A stretch of DNA of 64,000 bases from Verrucomicrobiota bacterium (GTDB taxonomy: Bacteria > Verrucomicrobiota > Verrucomicrobiia > Limisphaerales > J093): positions 7,901 to 71,900 of the forward strand of contig JAXGQW010000012.1 of NCBI GenBank assembly GCA_040766265.1, read 5' to 3'. Shown here in pieces: positions 39,363 through 48,236 of the stretch. The notes under the pieces were generated by a model, which was not told the origin of the DNA, ran no database searches, and saw only the letters and a program-made list of their open reading frames with translations. A program made the position numbers and the translations under genes. Each line of letters opens with the position of its first letter. Positions within the stretch are counted from its first letter, which is position 1.

Positions 39363-39436
39363 CTAGCGCGCATGAGTGCACCTTTCGATGACATCGGCTC
39401 CGCGTTGTTCAGAAGTTGTTGAGCAATGCGCGCTAG
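39363..39436. repeat. 74-nt CTAG-element D1 (CTAGCGCGCAT...ATGCGCGCTAG)
   Basis: Near-identical to 63110-63183. The right arm contains the TAG stop of the next gene. Confidence 0.9.
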
Positions 39437-39888
39437 GCGGCGCTCTCCCCGCCGGATTCGCTCATGCGTGCGAGGTATTCGGACATGTCGTCGACCTGGT
39501 CAAGGAGGCTGCGCGTGACGTAGATGGGGCGTTTCTGGGCGGTGGCCAGGGCCAGGCAATCGCTGGGGCGCGCATCGAGTTCCACGATCTTGCGGCCCAG
39601 TTCGTTTTGCTGCTGCAGGATCAGGCGGGCGAAGTAGGTCGCGTTCTTCAGTTCGGTGATCACCACACGCTCGACGCTGATGCCGAACGCGGTCAGGAGA
39701 TGAACGAACAGATCGTGCGTCAGCGGCCGCTCTTTCGGGGTGTCGCGCAGGAACATTCCGATCACCGCCCCCATGTTGTGCTCGACCTGGATGACAAAAA
39801 CCTTCTCGTCGTTGCCGACAAACACGGCGACGCCGTTGTTGGCCGGCAAGATGCCGCGAATCTCGACAGCCGCCACGTCCTGCTTCAT
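39433..39888 (-). CDS. bifunctional nuclease family (BFN/DUF151) protein
   Basis: 'VFVIQVEHNMGAVIGMFL...RPLTHDLFVHLL...ITELKNATYFARL...DARPSDCLALA'. Start at ATG 39888. Confidence 0.8.
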   Translation of the reverse strand: MKQDVAAVEIRGILPANNGVAVFVGNDEKVFVIQVEHNMGAVIGMFLRDTPKERPLTHDLFVHLLTAFGISVERVVITELKNATYFARLILQQQNELGRKIVELDARPSDCLALATAQKRPIYVTRSLLDQVDDMSEYLARMSESGGESAA

Positions 39889-40122
39889 GGGGTCAATGTA
39901 AGAGACCGGACGCAAAAGACAAGCCCACGCCATGACCCGCCAGCAGTCTAATCTGCCGTGTCGGCGTTTTGAGTAAAGACTCCGCTGCGGGAATCGCGAG
40001 GCCCTCTTCGGTGAGGGATGGAACCTGCCCCAGGCTCGATCGCGCCAGATGAGCCACCTGGCCGATCAACCCGCACTTCACGCTCGTCAAACCCGACCCA
40101 TTGGGCTACTTTTCCGGCGTTT

Positions 40123-41265
40123 ATGTGCAGAACGTGGATCTTTCTGCGAGGCGGCCTTGTCGGATGTCTCTGTCTGGCGTCACTCGCCTTTCCAGCCGAT
40201 CCGGCGGGGCGGCCCGCCCCAACACCACCGCCACTGCCGCCGGCACCGCCGGCCCGCGGGACGCCCGCCGGCCCGGTTTCGGCCCGAGCGCCGGCGTCCG
40301 CGGCGTCTGTGTCGACGAACAGCGCGGCGGCTCCTCGCGCGACGCCCGCGCGCGCCGGGACGGTGAATCAGCGGTTCTCGCCCGGGGCCGTCAGCGTCCC
40401 GTTGTCCGATCCGTCCTACATCCCGGGCTTGACCCCGGCGATCGTGGTCGGGCCGCCCGTACCTCTGGCGCCCCAGCAGCCCGGCACGCCGTTCCCGTAC
40501 TCCGCTCCACGGCCCGCGCGCGTCCAGGAGACGGTGTTCGCCTATGACGCTTTGATCAAGGAAACCACGCTCAAGGCGGGCGAGACCTCGGCCTACTTCA
40601 CCTTTCAACTGACGAATACTTCGCCCGAGGCGGTCACCATCAACGCCGTGCGCACATCCTGCGGTTGCGCCGTCGCGAAGTTGCCGTCCGTTCCGTGGCG
40701 AATCGAGCCGCAGGCGAGCGGGGCGTTCGATGTGGTGGTGGACGTACGCGGCTCGAGGGGCGTGGCCACGAAGACTGTGACGATCGACAGCACGGCCGGT
40801 TACCGCTACCTCACGGTGCGTGTGGCGATGCCCGAGTCGGCGTCGCCGATGGCCGCGGCGGACCGCGCGCGGAACCTGCAGGTTGCGTTGGCGGATCGCC
40901 AGGCGGTTTTCAAGGGGGATTGTGCCGCATGCCATTTGCAGCCCGTGATTGCGCAGCATGGGCAGGCGCTGTTCAAGAGCGCCTGCGGCATCTGCCACGA
41001 GGCCCAACGCCGGGCTGCCGCGGTCCCCGACTTGCGGGCCCTGAACAAGCCCACGGATCGGGCCTACTGGTCGGGCTGGATTGCGAAGGGGAAACCGGGC
41101 GGCCTCATGCCGGCCTGGGCTATCGATGAAGGAGGACCGCTGACCGACCGCCAAATCGAGTCGTTGCTCGATTACCTCACAGGCCCTTTCCGAAACGAAC
41201 CGGCTCGCGCGCCGCTGGCGCCGGGGGCCCCGACACGATCCGGCACAACGCCAGCCGTCCGATAG
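40123..41265 (+). CDS. DUF1573 domain protein fused to a di-haem c-type cytochrome-like C-terminus
   Basis: Signal peptide, a Pro/Ala-rich linker, 'FTFQLTNTSPEAVTINAVRTSCGCAVAKL' (DUF1573), then CAACH and CGICH motifs. Confidence 0.75.
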   Translation: MCRTWIFLRGGLVGCLCLASLAFPADPAGRPAPTPPPLPPAPPARGTPAGPVSARAPASAASVSTNSAAAPRATPARAGTVNQRFSPGAVSVPLSDPSYIPGLTPAIVVGPPVPLAPQQPGTPFPYSAPRPARVQETVFAYDALIKETTLKAGETSAYFTFQLTNTSPEAVTINAVRTSCGCAVAKLPSVPWRIEPQASGAFDVVVDVRGSRGVATKTVTIDSTAGYRYLTVRVAMPESASPMAAADRARNLQVALADRQAVFKGDCAACHLQPVIAQHGQALFKSACGICHEAQRRAAAVPDLRALNKPTDRAYWSGWIAKGKPGGLMPAWAIDEGGPLTDRQIESLLDYLTGPFRNEPARAPLAPGAPTRSGTTPAVR

Positions 41266-41371
41266 TCGGTCGAGCAGTCCTCATGCGGGATCCGACCGCC
41301 ACGTCCGGTGACGGAGCGCGAAATCCCTTTTTTCCGTTGACTGGCGGAAGCTGCTTGATCAGGTTTCGCTC

Positions 41372-44110
41372 ATGATACAAAGGATCTCCGAGTTGATTCT
41401 TCTCACAGGGTTGCTGATTGGTTCGCCATCCGTGTGCGCGCGCAATATCGTCCTGTTCATCGGAGACGGCATGGGTTTCGAGCACGTTCAGGCGGGAAGG
41501 CTTTACCTCAATGGAACTGACACAACGCCCTTGTTCATGGAAACCCTGCCGTATGCAGGGGCGGCGATTACGGTGCTGCCAGGTGGAGGCGTGACGGATT
41601 CGGCGACCGCAGGAACCGCTCTCGCCACCGGTTACCAGCATCCGTCCGCCGGCACGATCAGCATGAACGCAGCCGGCTTGCCCGTGACAACGATTCTCGA
41701 ACGGGCAAGAGACGCCGGGCTGCGAACCGGCATTGTCACCACCGACGACATCGTCGGAGCGACACCGGCCGCCTTTGGCGCCCACGAGGCTTCCCGGGAT
41801 AACACTGCGCAGATTCGAAACGACTACCTTTGGGGCGATGCCCTGCACAGCCCGAGTTTGCCGACTGTCTTGTTGGGAGGCGGATACCTCTCGACGTTCG
41901 TAGAGGACGCCGTGTCGCCTGCGCTTGGGTATGCGTTTGCGGGTTCGGCGCAGACGCTCATGGAAATCGCTCCCGATCCTGGACGGGTATTGGGACTTTT
42001 CAAAGCCGGTCCATTGACCCGGGAGAACGATCGTTCGCTCGACAATGCCGAGCCTCGCCTCAGCCAGATGGCCACCGCCGCTCTCGCGTGGCTGACCCAG
42101 GCTCCCGGCGGTTTTTTCCTGATGGTCGAGGGCGCGTTGATCGACAAGATCAGCCACGAGGGCAACACGCCCAACGCGAAGAGCGACCTGCCACCTGAAG
42201 TCGCGCAATTCGACACGGCTGTCGCAGCCGTTTCCCAATGGCTCTCGAGCCGCGGTCTGTTGGGCGACACCCTGATCCTGGTCACCGCCGATCACGAAAC
42301 CGGATTGCTCGATGTGGTCGATGGACAAGAAATCACGCCGGGCACAATCCCGGCCATGACCCTCTACTCGACCGGACACAGCACTCGGAACGTTCCCGTT
42401 TTTGGCTCGTGGCCGCATGCTCTGGGCGGATCCTTGATTGACAACACGGAGACCTTCTTCGTCATGGAAGACTGGCTCATGGGTTTGGCGGGCGCGCCGC
42501 CCATCATCGAGGATCTGGATGTGGTCGAGATCACACGCGCCAGCGCGCGCGTCCGATGGCACACCGTGGAGCCGTCGACGACCCGGCTGGACTGTGGCGG
42601 CTTCGTCTTCGAGGACTTGAACCGCGTCCTGTATCACGAAGTGCTGCTCACCGGCCTCATCGAGGGTTCGTCCTACAGCGTCAACGTGGATTCGACCGAT
42701 CTCGCCGGCTTCACGGGACAAGCCAGCACCGATTTCACGACGGCCGCGCCGGACGTTAATGCCTATGTGCTCGCGGACCCTGTCGGGACGGGAACGCTGT
42801 CGGGATCGTACGGCAGCTTGATGCCTCCCTCCGACGGGCTTGTCCAGACAATCACGGAGGTGCCGGACGGGGTCGGATCGTCGCTCGATGTCGTCTACAC
42901 CCTCGGCACATCGGCTTCTCCCGCCGAGGTGATCTCGATCTCGCTTGACGTGCAGTTGACATGGGTCAACGCAGACCGATTTGCCGACGATCTCACGATC
43001 ATGGTGTGGGACTCCATGAACCAGTCTTTCGACTTCCTCGCATCCAACGCTGGCGGCCTCTTCGCTCTCGGGCCTGGGCATTTGTATTGGAATGACGCCC
43101 GCGGATGTTACTGCATCGATGTGCGTCTGAAAGACAGCGCCTCAATTGCCAAGGAGAAGAAAGGGAAGGTGAGTGTGGACGTCCTCTGGGCGGCGATCGT
43201 TGCTGGAGAACCGGATCTCGATCCCCCCGCGGTTCCATCCGATCTGGTGGCGACCCAGATCACGGACGGGGGCATGGACCTGACGGCCCAATTGGCCTGG
43301 ACAGCGAGTCATCCCAGCGATGTGGCGTATTACAAGATCTACCGGGGTGGGATCACGGTCGGAACATCCGCCACACCCGGTTTTGTCGACCGGGTGACTT
43401 CGGGAGGAACCTACAGCTACACGGTTTCGGCAGTCGATTCGGTCGGGAACGAAAGCGCCCCGAGTCTGGCGGCGTCGGTCTCTCTGGAGAACCTGTACGC
43501 GCCCTCGATTCCGTCCAATCTCACCGCGGTGGCAGGGGATGGTCAGGTGATGCTGGCCTGGAGCCCGAGCAGCGAAGCGGACATCGACGGTTACAATGTC
43601 TACGGCGGGTTGGACGCAGAGGCGATGGTCTGTCTGAACCAAGAACCTGTCTCAGCCAGCTCATACCTGGATGCAGGCCTCGAGAATGGCGTGACATACT
43701 ATTATGCCGTGGAGGCGGTCGATACGGGCGGAAGAATAAGCGGTCTCTCCACCGCGGTCTTCGCGATCCCCAGTTCGTTGCCGACTCTTCTGGCGACCAC
43801 GGACGGTTCTTTGGCCGCGGCGGGCAAGAATTGGAAGGCGGTCGCAAGTGTCGCGGTCCGCGATCAGTCGCAGAGCGCTGTCGCGGGAGTTTCGGTTTCC
43901 GGACAATGGTTCCTGGATTCGGCGCCGCTGCAAGCGCCGGTCGCCGGCGTCACGGATGCAGCGGGCGCCGTCACATTTGCGGCGCCTCTGGTCAAAGCCG
44001 CTCCGGGCCAAGTGTTCCAGTTTACTCTATTGGATGTGCAGTTGGCTGGATACCGATTTGATCTGGAAAACAGCGACGTCGTCTTCAGCGCGACGGTGCC
44101 CGCCAAATAG
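41372..44110 (+). CDS. alkaline phosphatase with C-terminal fibronectin-III-like repeats
   Basis: 'IVLFIGDGMGFEH', 'GGVTDSATAGTALATG' and 'VTADHETG' in the N-terminal ~400 aa. These are followed by repeated 'L.W..S...D...Y.(I/V)Y' FN3-type modules. Confidence 0.85.
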   Translation: MIQRISELILLTGLLIGSPSVCARNIVLFIGDGMGFEHVQAGRLYLNGTDTTPLFMETLPYAGAAITVLPGGGVTDSATAGTALATGYQHPSAGTISMNAAGLPVTTILERARDAGLRTGIVTTDDIVGATPAAFGAHEASRDNTAQIRNDYLWGDALHSPSLPTVLLGGGYLSTFVEDAVSPALGYAFAGSAQTLMEIAPDPGRVLGLFKAGPLTRENDRSLDNAEPRLSQMATAALAWLTQAPGGFFLMVEGALIDKISHEGNTPNAKSDLPPEVAQFDTAVAAVSQWLSSRGLLGDTLILVTADHETGLLDVVDGQEITPGTIPAMTLYSTGHSTRNVPVFGSWPHALGGSLIDNTETFFVMEDWLMGLAGAPPIIEDLDVVEITRASARVRWHTVEPSTTRLDCGGFVFEDLNRVLYHEVLLTGLIEGSSYSVNVDSTDLAGFTGQASTDFTTAAPDVNAYVLADPVGTGTLSGSYGSLMPPSDGLVQTITEVPDGVGSSLDVVYTLGTSASPAEVISISLDVQLTWVNADRFADDLTIMVWDSMNQSFDFLASNAGGLFALGPGHLYWNDARGCYCIDVRLKDSASIAKEKKGKVSVDVLWAAIVAGEPDLDPPAVPSDLVATQITDGGMDLTAQLAWTASHPSDVAYYKIYRGGITVGTSATPGFVDRVTSGGTYSYTVSAVDSVGNESAPSLAASVSLENLYAPSIPSNLTAVAGDGQVMLAWSPSSEADIDGYNVYGGLDAEAMVCLNQEPVSASSYLDAGLENGVTYYYAVEAVDTGGRISGLSTAVFAIPSSLPTLLATTDGSLAAAGKNWKAVASVAVRDQSQSAVAGVSVSGQWFLDSAPLQAPVAGVTDAAGAVTFAAPLVKAAPGQVFQFTLLDVQLAGYRFDLENSDVVFSATVPAK

Positions 44111-44214
44111 CGGCCGCGGCGCAAGAGCGGCCGCAGCATTCGTCCTCGGAGGGATGGCTGGCAGCGCGTCGGACTGCGAGGGTCCGGCGAGCTTGCCGTT
44201 GAGGGTTTGCTTTT

Positions 44215-44288
44215 CTAACCCGCATAGCAGTCCTCTTGCGAAGTCTGAGTGCCCTGTGCACCATAGGGGTGTGAAATATGCGGGTTAG
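44215..44288. repeat. 74-nt CTAG-element A8
   Basis: CTAACCCGCAT AGCAGTCCTCTTGCGAAGTCTGAGTGCCCTGTGCACCATAGGGGTGTGAAAT ATGCGGGTTAG. Confidence 0.9.
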
Positions 44289-44344
44289 GCTGGGATGTCC
44301 CGAGAGTCGCTTGACGGCCGGCAATGCGATGTAGCCTGCCTTCG

Positions 44345-45688
44345 TCATGCGTTGCGGGCCTCCCTCTCCAGCTTGCGCAGCCGATCCGTCAAGGCGGGCG
44401 AAGCTGTGAACAGGATTTTGCGGCCTCGTTTCTTTTGGTCCAAGACGCCGCGCTCGTGGAGGCCGAGCAAATCCGTGCGAGCGGTCTGATACACCACATT
44501 GTGGCTCTTCTGGTGGCTGGCGATGCTGTATTCCTGGAACGGATGTTTGAGGGCGTGCATGATCAACTCTGCCTGCCGGTGGTTGAAAAGGCCCAGCGCC
44601 GGCAGACGCGCCTCCACTTCCCGGACCTCCGTGGTCTTGCGGGCGATGTAGTCGTGCAATTCGACAATCGCCCGGCGGATGACTTTGGTCTGCGCGACGA
44701 GAAAATAGGTGAGGTCGTTATCGTCCGTCTCCGTGTGGAGAAACGAGCGGCCGTAGTCGACCGGGGCTTTGCGCAGGATGTTCGAGATGGAGATGAACTC
44801 AAACAGCCAATAGCCCGCGTGCAGCATGGCCCAGTAAAAGAGCGCCCGAGCCGTGCGTCCGTTGCCATCGACAAACGGGTGATCGTAGGCCAGCCAAAAA
44901 TGCAGCGCGATGGCCCGGACGACCGGGTGGACGAAATAGCCGGGCGACTTTCCGTTGGCGAAGTCACACATGGCCTGGAATCGCGCAGGCAGTTCGGCGG
45001 CCGGTGGCGGCTCGTGAAAAACCTCGCCGAAGTCGTTTCCGACGAGCCGCTTCTCGTCCGGCCGGCGAAAACGCCCAGCCGCTGCTGCATCCTCGAGGGT
45101 CTTCTCCGTAACCAAGCGGTGAATCGCCAGCACCGTCTCGGGCGAGAGCGGCTCCTTTTTCAACTCCGTGATCCGCTGCATGGTAACGTAGTTGTTCAGG
45201 ATCATCTGCTCGCTGGTGTCGCGCGGTGGGCGGCCGGTGCGGATCATCTCCTTGGCGACCTCGCGGGTCGTAACGGCGCCTTCCAACTGGCTGGACGTGA
45301 TTGCTTCTTCGATGAGGGAGCGGATGAGGTAGCGGTCTCGGGTCTGCGGATTGGTGATCGGCTCCGGAATTCCGATGGCGGAACCAGCCCCCACGTCGAT
45401 CTCATGCAACTCCGCTTGCACCGGGTCCGGCACGCAGAAGCTGAATGGCCGCCCCAACTTGTCCAGAAGAGGCAGGGGCTTGGACGCCCCAGTGCGTTGG
45501 AACTTGACCGCCAGCCACCATTCTTCAGAAGTGAACCCGGCGGGCGCAGGTAAATGCCGCAGCTTCTCCCAATGCGGATAGTCTGCGTAAGGCGTGCGGG
45601 ACAACTCCAAGATGGCGTTCAGGCGCTGGTTTGCGTCCTGTTGGCTGAGCAATTCCCGAAATGACGGCGGTTTTTGCGGCATTTTCAT
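44345..45688 (-). CDS. Fic family protein (class II, N-terminal inhibitory helix)
   Basis: Core 'HPFVDGNGRTAR' and an upstream 'SSQLEG' that fits (S/T)xxxE(G/N). Start at ATG 45688, with an alternative at 45682. GC is visibly lower than in the neighbours. Confidence 0.88.
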   Translation of the reverse strand: MKMPQKPPSFRELLSQQDANQRLNAILELSRTPYADYPHWEKLRHLPAPAGFTSEEWWLAVKFQRTGASKPLPLLDKLGRPFSFCVPDPVQAELHEIDVGAGSAIGIPEPITNPQTRDRYLIRSLIEEAITSSQLEGAVTTREVAKEMIRTGRPPRDTSEQMILNNYVTMQRITELKKEPLSPETVLAIHRLVTEKTLEDAAAAGRFRRPDEKRLVGNDFGEVFHEPPPAAELPARFQAMCDFANGKSPGYFVHPVVRAIALHFWLAYDHPFVDGNGRTARALFYWAMLHAGYWLFEFISISNILRKAPVDYGRSFLHTETDDNDLTYFLVAQTKVIRRAIVELHDYIARKTTEVREVEARLPALGLFNHRQAELIMHALKHPFQEYSIASHQKSHNVVYQTARTDLLGLHERGVLDQKKRGRKILFTASPALTDRLRKLEREARNA

Positions 45689-45790
45689 CACCAAATTACT
45701 ACTAATGTATTTCAATTTAGCAGTTTGTTGGCAACTGCCAAATTGACCGAAGTTAGCATTATTAGGGGTCAAACCATAGCCTTGCCTCGA

Positions 45791-45937
45791 TCAATCGTAG
45801 TATTTCGCGCTGGCTTCCCGGTGGTCATGCGTCAGGAACCGGCGCCAGAAGCGCAGCGTCTCGAGCTGCACAATGGTCGCCAGCGTAAACAAGTGGAGGT
45901 GGCGGAATCCGCCGTGCTTGTCGAAAAGCTCAGCCAC
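45791..45937 (-). pseudogene. 48-codon N-terminal fragment resembling four-helix-bundle-suffix / 23S-IVS-type proteins
   Basis: 'VAELFDKHGGFRHLHLFTLATIVQLETLRFWRRFLTHDHREASAKYYD*'. The 'F..L..F.LA..I...T..F..RFL' pattern matches the start of that family, and the ORF is truncated by a stop. Confidence 0.35.
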
Positions 45938-45982
45938 TCAATCACGGCGACCGAACCGGTTTGAGGAATCTGACCTATTGGC

Positions 45983-46540
45983 TCACCGCACCAGGGCGAG
46001 AATCGCCTTGAAATCGTCGGTGCCCGCCTTTTCGAGCAACTCGAACAGGGCCATCTCGTTGGATGCGATCACGGCGCCGGCCTGGCGCATGCGATCCAGG
46101 CCCAGACGCCAGTTCTCGGGTGTGCGCGACGAAACGGCATCGGCGATCACAAACGGGCGGAAACCGTGTTCGAGCAGATCGAGCGCCGTCTGGCAGACGC
46201 AGACATGCGCCTCGATCCCGCAGACGAGCACGTCCTTGATTGTCCGGGCGCGCATCGCATCGATCAAGCCGGGCGCGCCGCAGGCGCTGAAGGCGAGTTT
46301 CTCGAACGGCGCGAACCCGGGGATCGCCTCGGCCACCTGGGGTACGGTCGGCCCGAGCCCCTTGCGGTACTGCTCGGTGGCGAACAGCGGCAGGTCGAGG
46401 ACGCCCGCGCCCCGGATCAGGCGGAGTGTTTCGGCGACGACCCGATCGCGCTCGAAGATTGCTGGCAGCAGCCGTTCCTGAATGTCAACCACCAGCACGC
46501 CGGTGGCAGTCCGATCCAAACGCCATGAGGTCTGGGACAT
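45983..46540 (-). CDS. isochorismatase-family hydrolase
   Basis: 'VLVVDIQERLL', 'VLVCGIEAHVCVCQTALDLLEHGF' and 'VIADAVSSR'. Confidence 0.85.
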   Translation of the reverse strand: MSQTSWRLDRTATGVLVVDIQERLLPAIFERDRVVAETLRLIRGAGVLDLPLFATEQYRKGLGPTVPQVAEAIPGFAPFEKLAFSACGAPGLIDAMRARTIKDVLVCGIEAHVCVCQTALDLLEHGFRPFVIADAVSSRTPENWRLGLDRMRQAGAVIASNEMALFELLEKAGTDDFKAILALVR

Positions 46541-46577
46541 AAGCGACTTTGAGTCAACGATTGAATGCGAGTTGCCC

Positions 46578-46642
46578 CCATGAACCTGAAACGTTCAACG
46601 TTCAACGTCCAACTCTCAACTCTCGACTCCTCGGTTCGTAGG
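46578..46642. repeat. short G-type element (CCATGAACCT head, about 5 heptamers, CGGTTCGTAGG tail)
   Basis: 'ccatgaacctgaaacgttcaacgttcaacgtccaactctcaactctcgactcctcggttcgtagg'. Confidence 0.7.
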
Positions 46643-46809
46643 AAGGTCGGTTTCGTTAGGAGGAGCCATTGCGCCACTGAACCGCCGCGGCCACGTCGCG
46701 CGCGTCAAGCCGGCTGCAAGCCGGCGCTCCGGGGCGCCTCAGGACCTCGCCACCCACGCGCGAAGGGGCGCTTCGCGACCTCGCAGCGCGTGCTGGCGGA
46801 TGCGGGCCG

Positions 46810-47934
46810 CTATTTGACGGAGAACTTGTAGATCGTGGCGGTCCTGTAGGTCTTCTTGGGACGGAGGATGGTGGACGGGAAGTTGGGCTGGTTGACCGAA
46901 TCCGGGAAATGCTGGGTCTCGAGACAGAATCCGTAGTACTGATGGTAGACGGACTTGCCTTTGCCTTCGAGCGTGGCGTCGAGGAAATTCCCGCTGTAGA
47001 ACTGGACGCCCGGTTCTTCGGTGAATGTCTCGAGAACCCGTCCGGTGCCAGGCTCGTACACGGAGGCGGCGAGCCGCATGCCTTTGCCGGCGTCGTTGAG
47101 GGCGTAGTTGTGATCGTAGCCGCGCGGGCTGTTGTTGAGGGACAGCAGGCGCGAGCCAATGGGCATCGGCGTGGTGAAATCCATCACGGTGCCTTTGACG
47201 GGGGCGATCGCACCGGTCGGGATCAGGGTGTCATCGACAGGCGTGTAGTGGTCGGCATTGAGCATGAGGACGTGGTTGAGGATGTCGCCGCCGCCGGCCA
47301 GATTCCAATAGGTGTGATTTGTCAGGTTGACCGGCGTGGCCTTGTCGGTCTTGGCCGTGTAATCAAGACGCAGTTCATCCTTGTCGGTCAATGTGTACGT
47401 GACCGTCGCGGTCAGGGTCCCGGGATACCCCTCTTCACCGTCCGGACTGACGTAGGCGAATCGGACGGCTGCGCCGTTTTTGGCTGAGACGATCTCGGCC
47501 TTCCAAACGACTTTGTCGAAACCGCGAACGCCGCCATGCAAATGGTTGGGGCCGTCGTTCCGGGCCAGCGTGTAGTCGCGGCCATCGAGGGTGAACTTGC
47601 CCTTGGCGATGCGGTTGCCGACGCGTCCGATGGTTGCGCCGAAGTAGGGATGTCCCTTCAGGTAGGACTCGATGTTATCGAAGCCCAGGACGATGTCGCC
47701 GAGCTTGCCCTGCCGATCGGGCACGTGCAGTTCGGTCATGAGCGCGCCGTAGGTGATGATCTTGGCGACGATGCCGTTTGCGTTGGTCAGTGTGTATTGC
47801 TCGATGACCGTGCCATCGGGCATCGTGCCGTAGTTGGATTTCTTGACGCCGGACGGCAGGGTGGCCGCGGCGGACGGGGTCAACGTCAGGAGCATGGTGA
47901 TGCAGGCTGCCAGGGTCGGGATGTGTCTGTTCAT
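46810..47934 (-). CDS. galM: aldose 1-epimerase (galactose mutarotase)
   Basis: Signal peptide, 'NHLHGGVRGFDKVVW', 'TNHTYWNL' and 'GFCLETQHFPDS'. Confidence 0.88.
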   Translation of the reverse strand: MNRHIPTLAACITMLLTLTPSAAATLPSGVKKSNYGTMPDGTVIEQYTLTNANGIVAKIITYGALMTELHVPDRQGKLGDIVLGFDNIESYLKGHPYFGATIGRVGNRIAKGKFTLDGRDYTLARNDGPNHLHGGVRGFDKVVWKAEIVSAKNGAAVRFAYVSPDGEEGYPGTLTATVTYTLTDKDELRLDYTAKTDKATPVNLTNHTYWNLAGGGDILNHVLMLNADHYTPVDDTLIPTGAIAPVKGTVMDFTTPMPIGSRLLSLNNSPRGYDHNYALNDAGKGMRLAASVYEPGTGRVLETFTEEPGVQFYSGNFLDATLEGKGKSVYHQYYGFCLETQHFPDSVNQPNFPSTILRPKKTYRTATIYKFSVK

Positions 47935-47970
47935 GGTCGGATTCGAGTTGTCGACGTCGGGTGGGGGCGG

Positions 47971-48210
47971 TCAAGGATTCTGGCGCGAGCCCGGGCCGCG
48001 GGCGTTGGGCTGGTCCGGACGGTTTTTGGCGCGCCAGGCGAACAGGGCCATGAGGCCTCCGAAGAGCAGGAGGACAAGCCCCCACCAGAGGTTGATGTTG
48101 ATTCCCAGCGAGCGCTGGTAGCTTTCGGGGCCGGAGAGCGCCCCGGTGAGGACCAGGAGGGCTCCGACCAGCGTGAACATGAGACCGATGGGCCAGCGGA
48201 TATCGAGCAT
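47971..48210 (-). CDS. small membrane protein (79 aa, 2 TM) downstream of the symporter
   Basis: Two hydrophobic helices, 27 nt downstream of the symporter stop. No family recognised. Confidence 0.5.
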   Translation of the reverse strand: MLDIRWPIGLMFTLVGALLVLTGALSGPESYQRSLGININLWWGLVLLLFGGLMALFAWRAKNRPDQPNARGPGSRQNP

Positions 48211-48236
48211 AAATCAATTGGAGTGCAGTTTGCGCC

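Noticed and set aside
44215-44288. tRNA or tRNA-derived SINE, because the elements are 74 nt with a terminal stem
   Set aside because: The terminal stem is 11 bp, not 7. There is no T-loop (GTTCRANYC) or D-arm pattern and no cloverleaf. Copies occur in both orientations and overlap stop codons.
47969-47983. Additional C-type element arm (GGTCAAGGATTCT)
   Set aside because: It is a single 13-nt match with no partner arm, lying within the 3' end of the small membrane protein ORF. It is probably chance or an old remnant.
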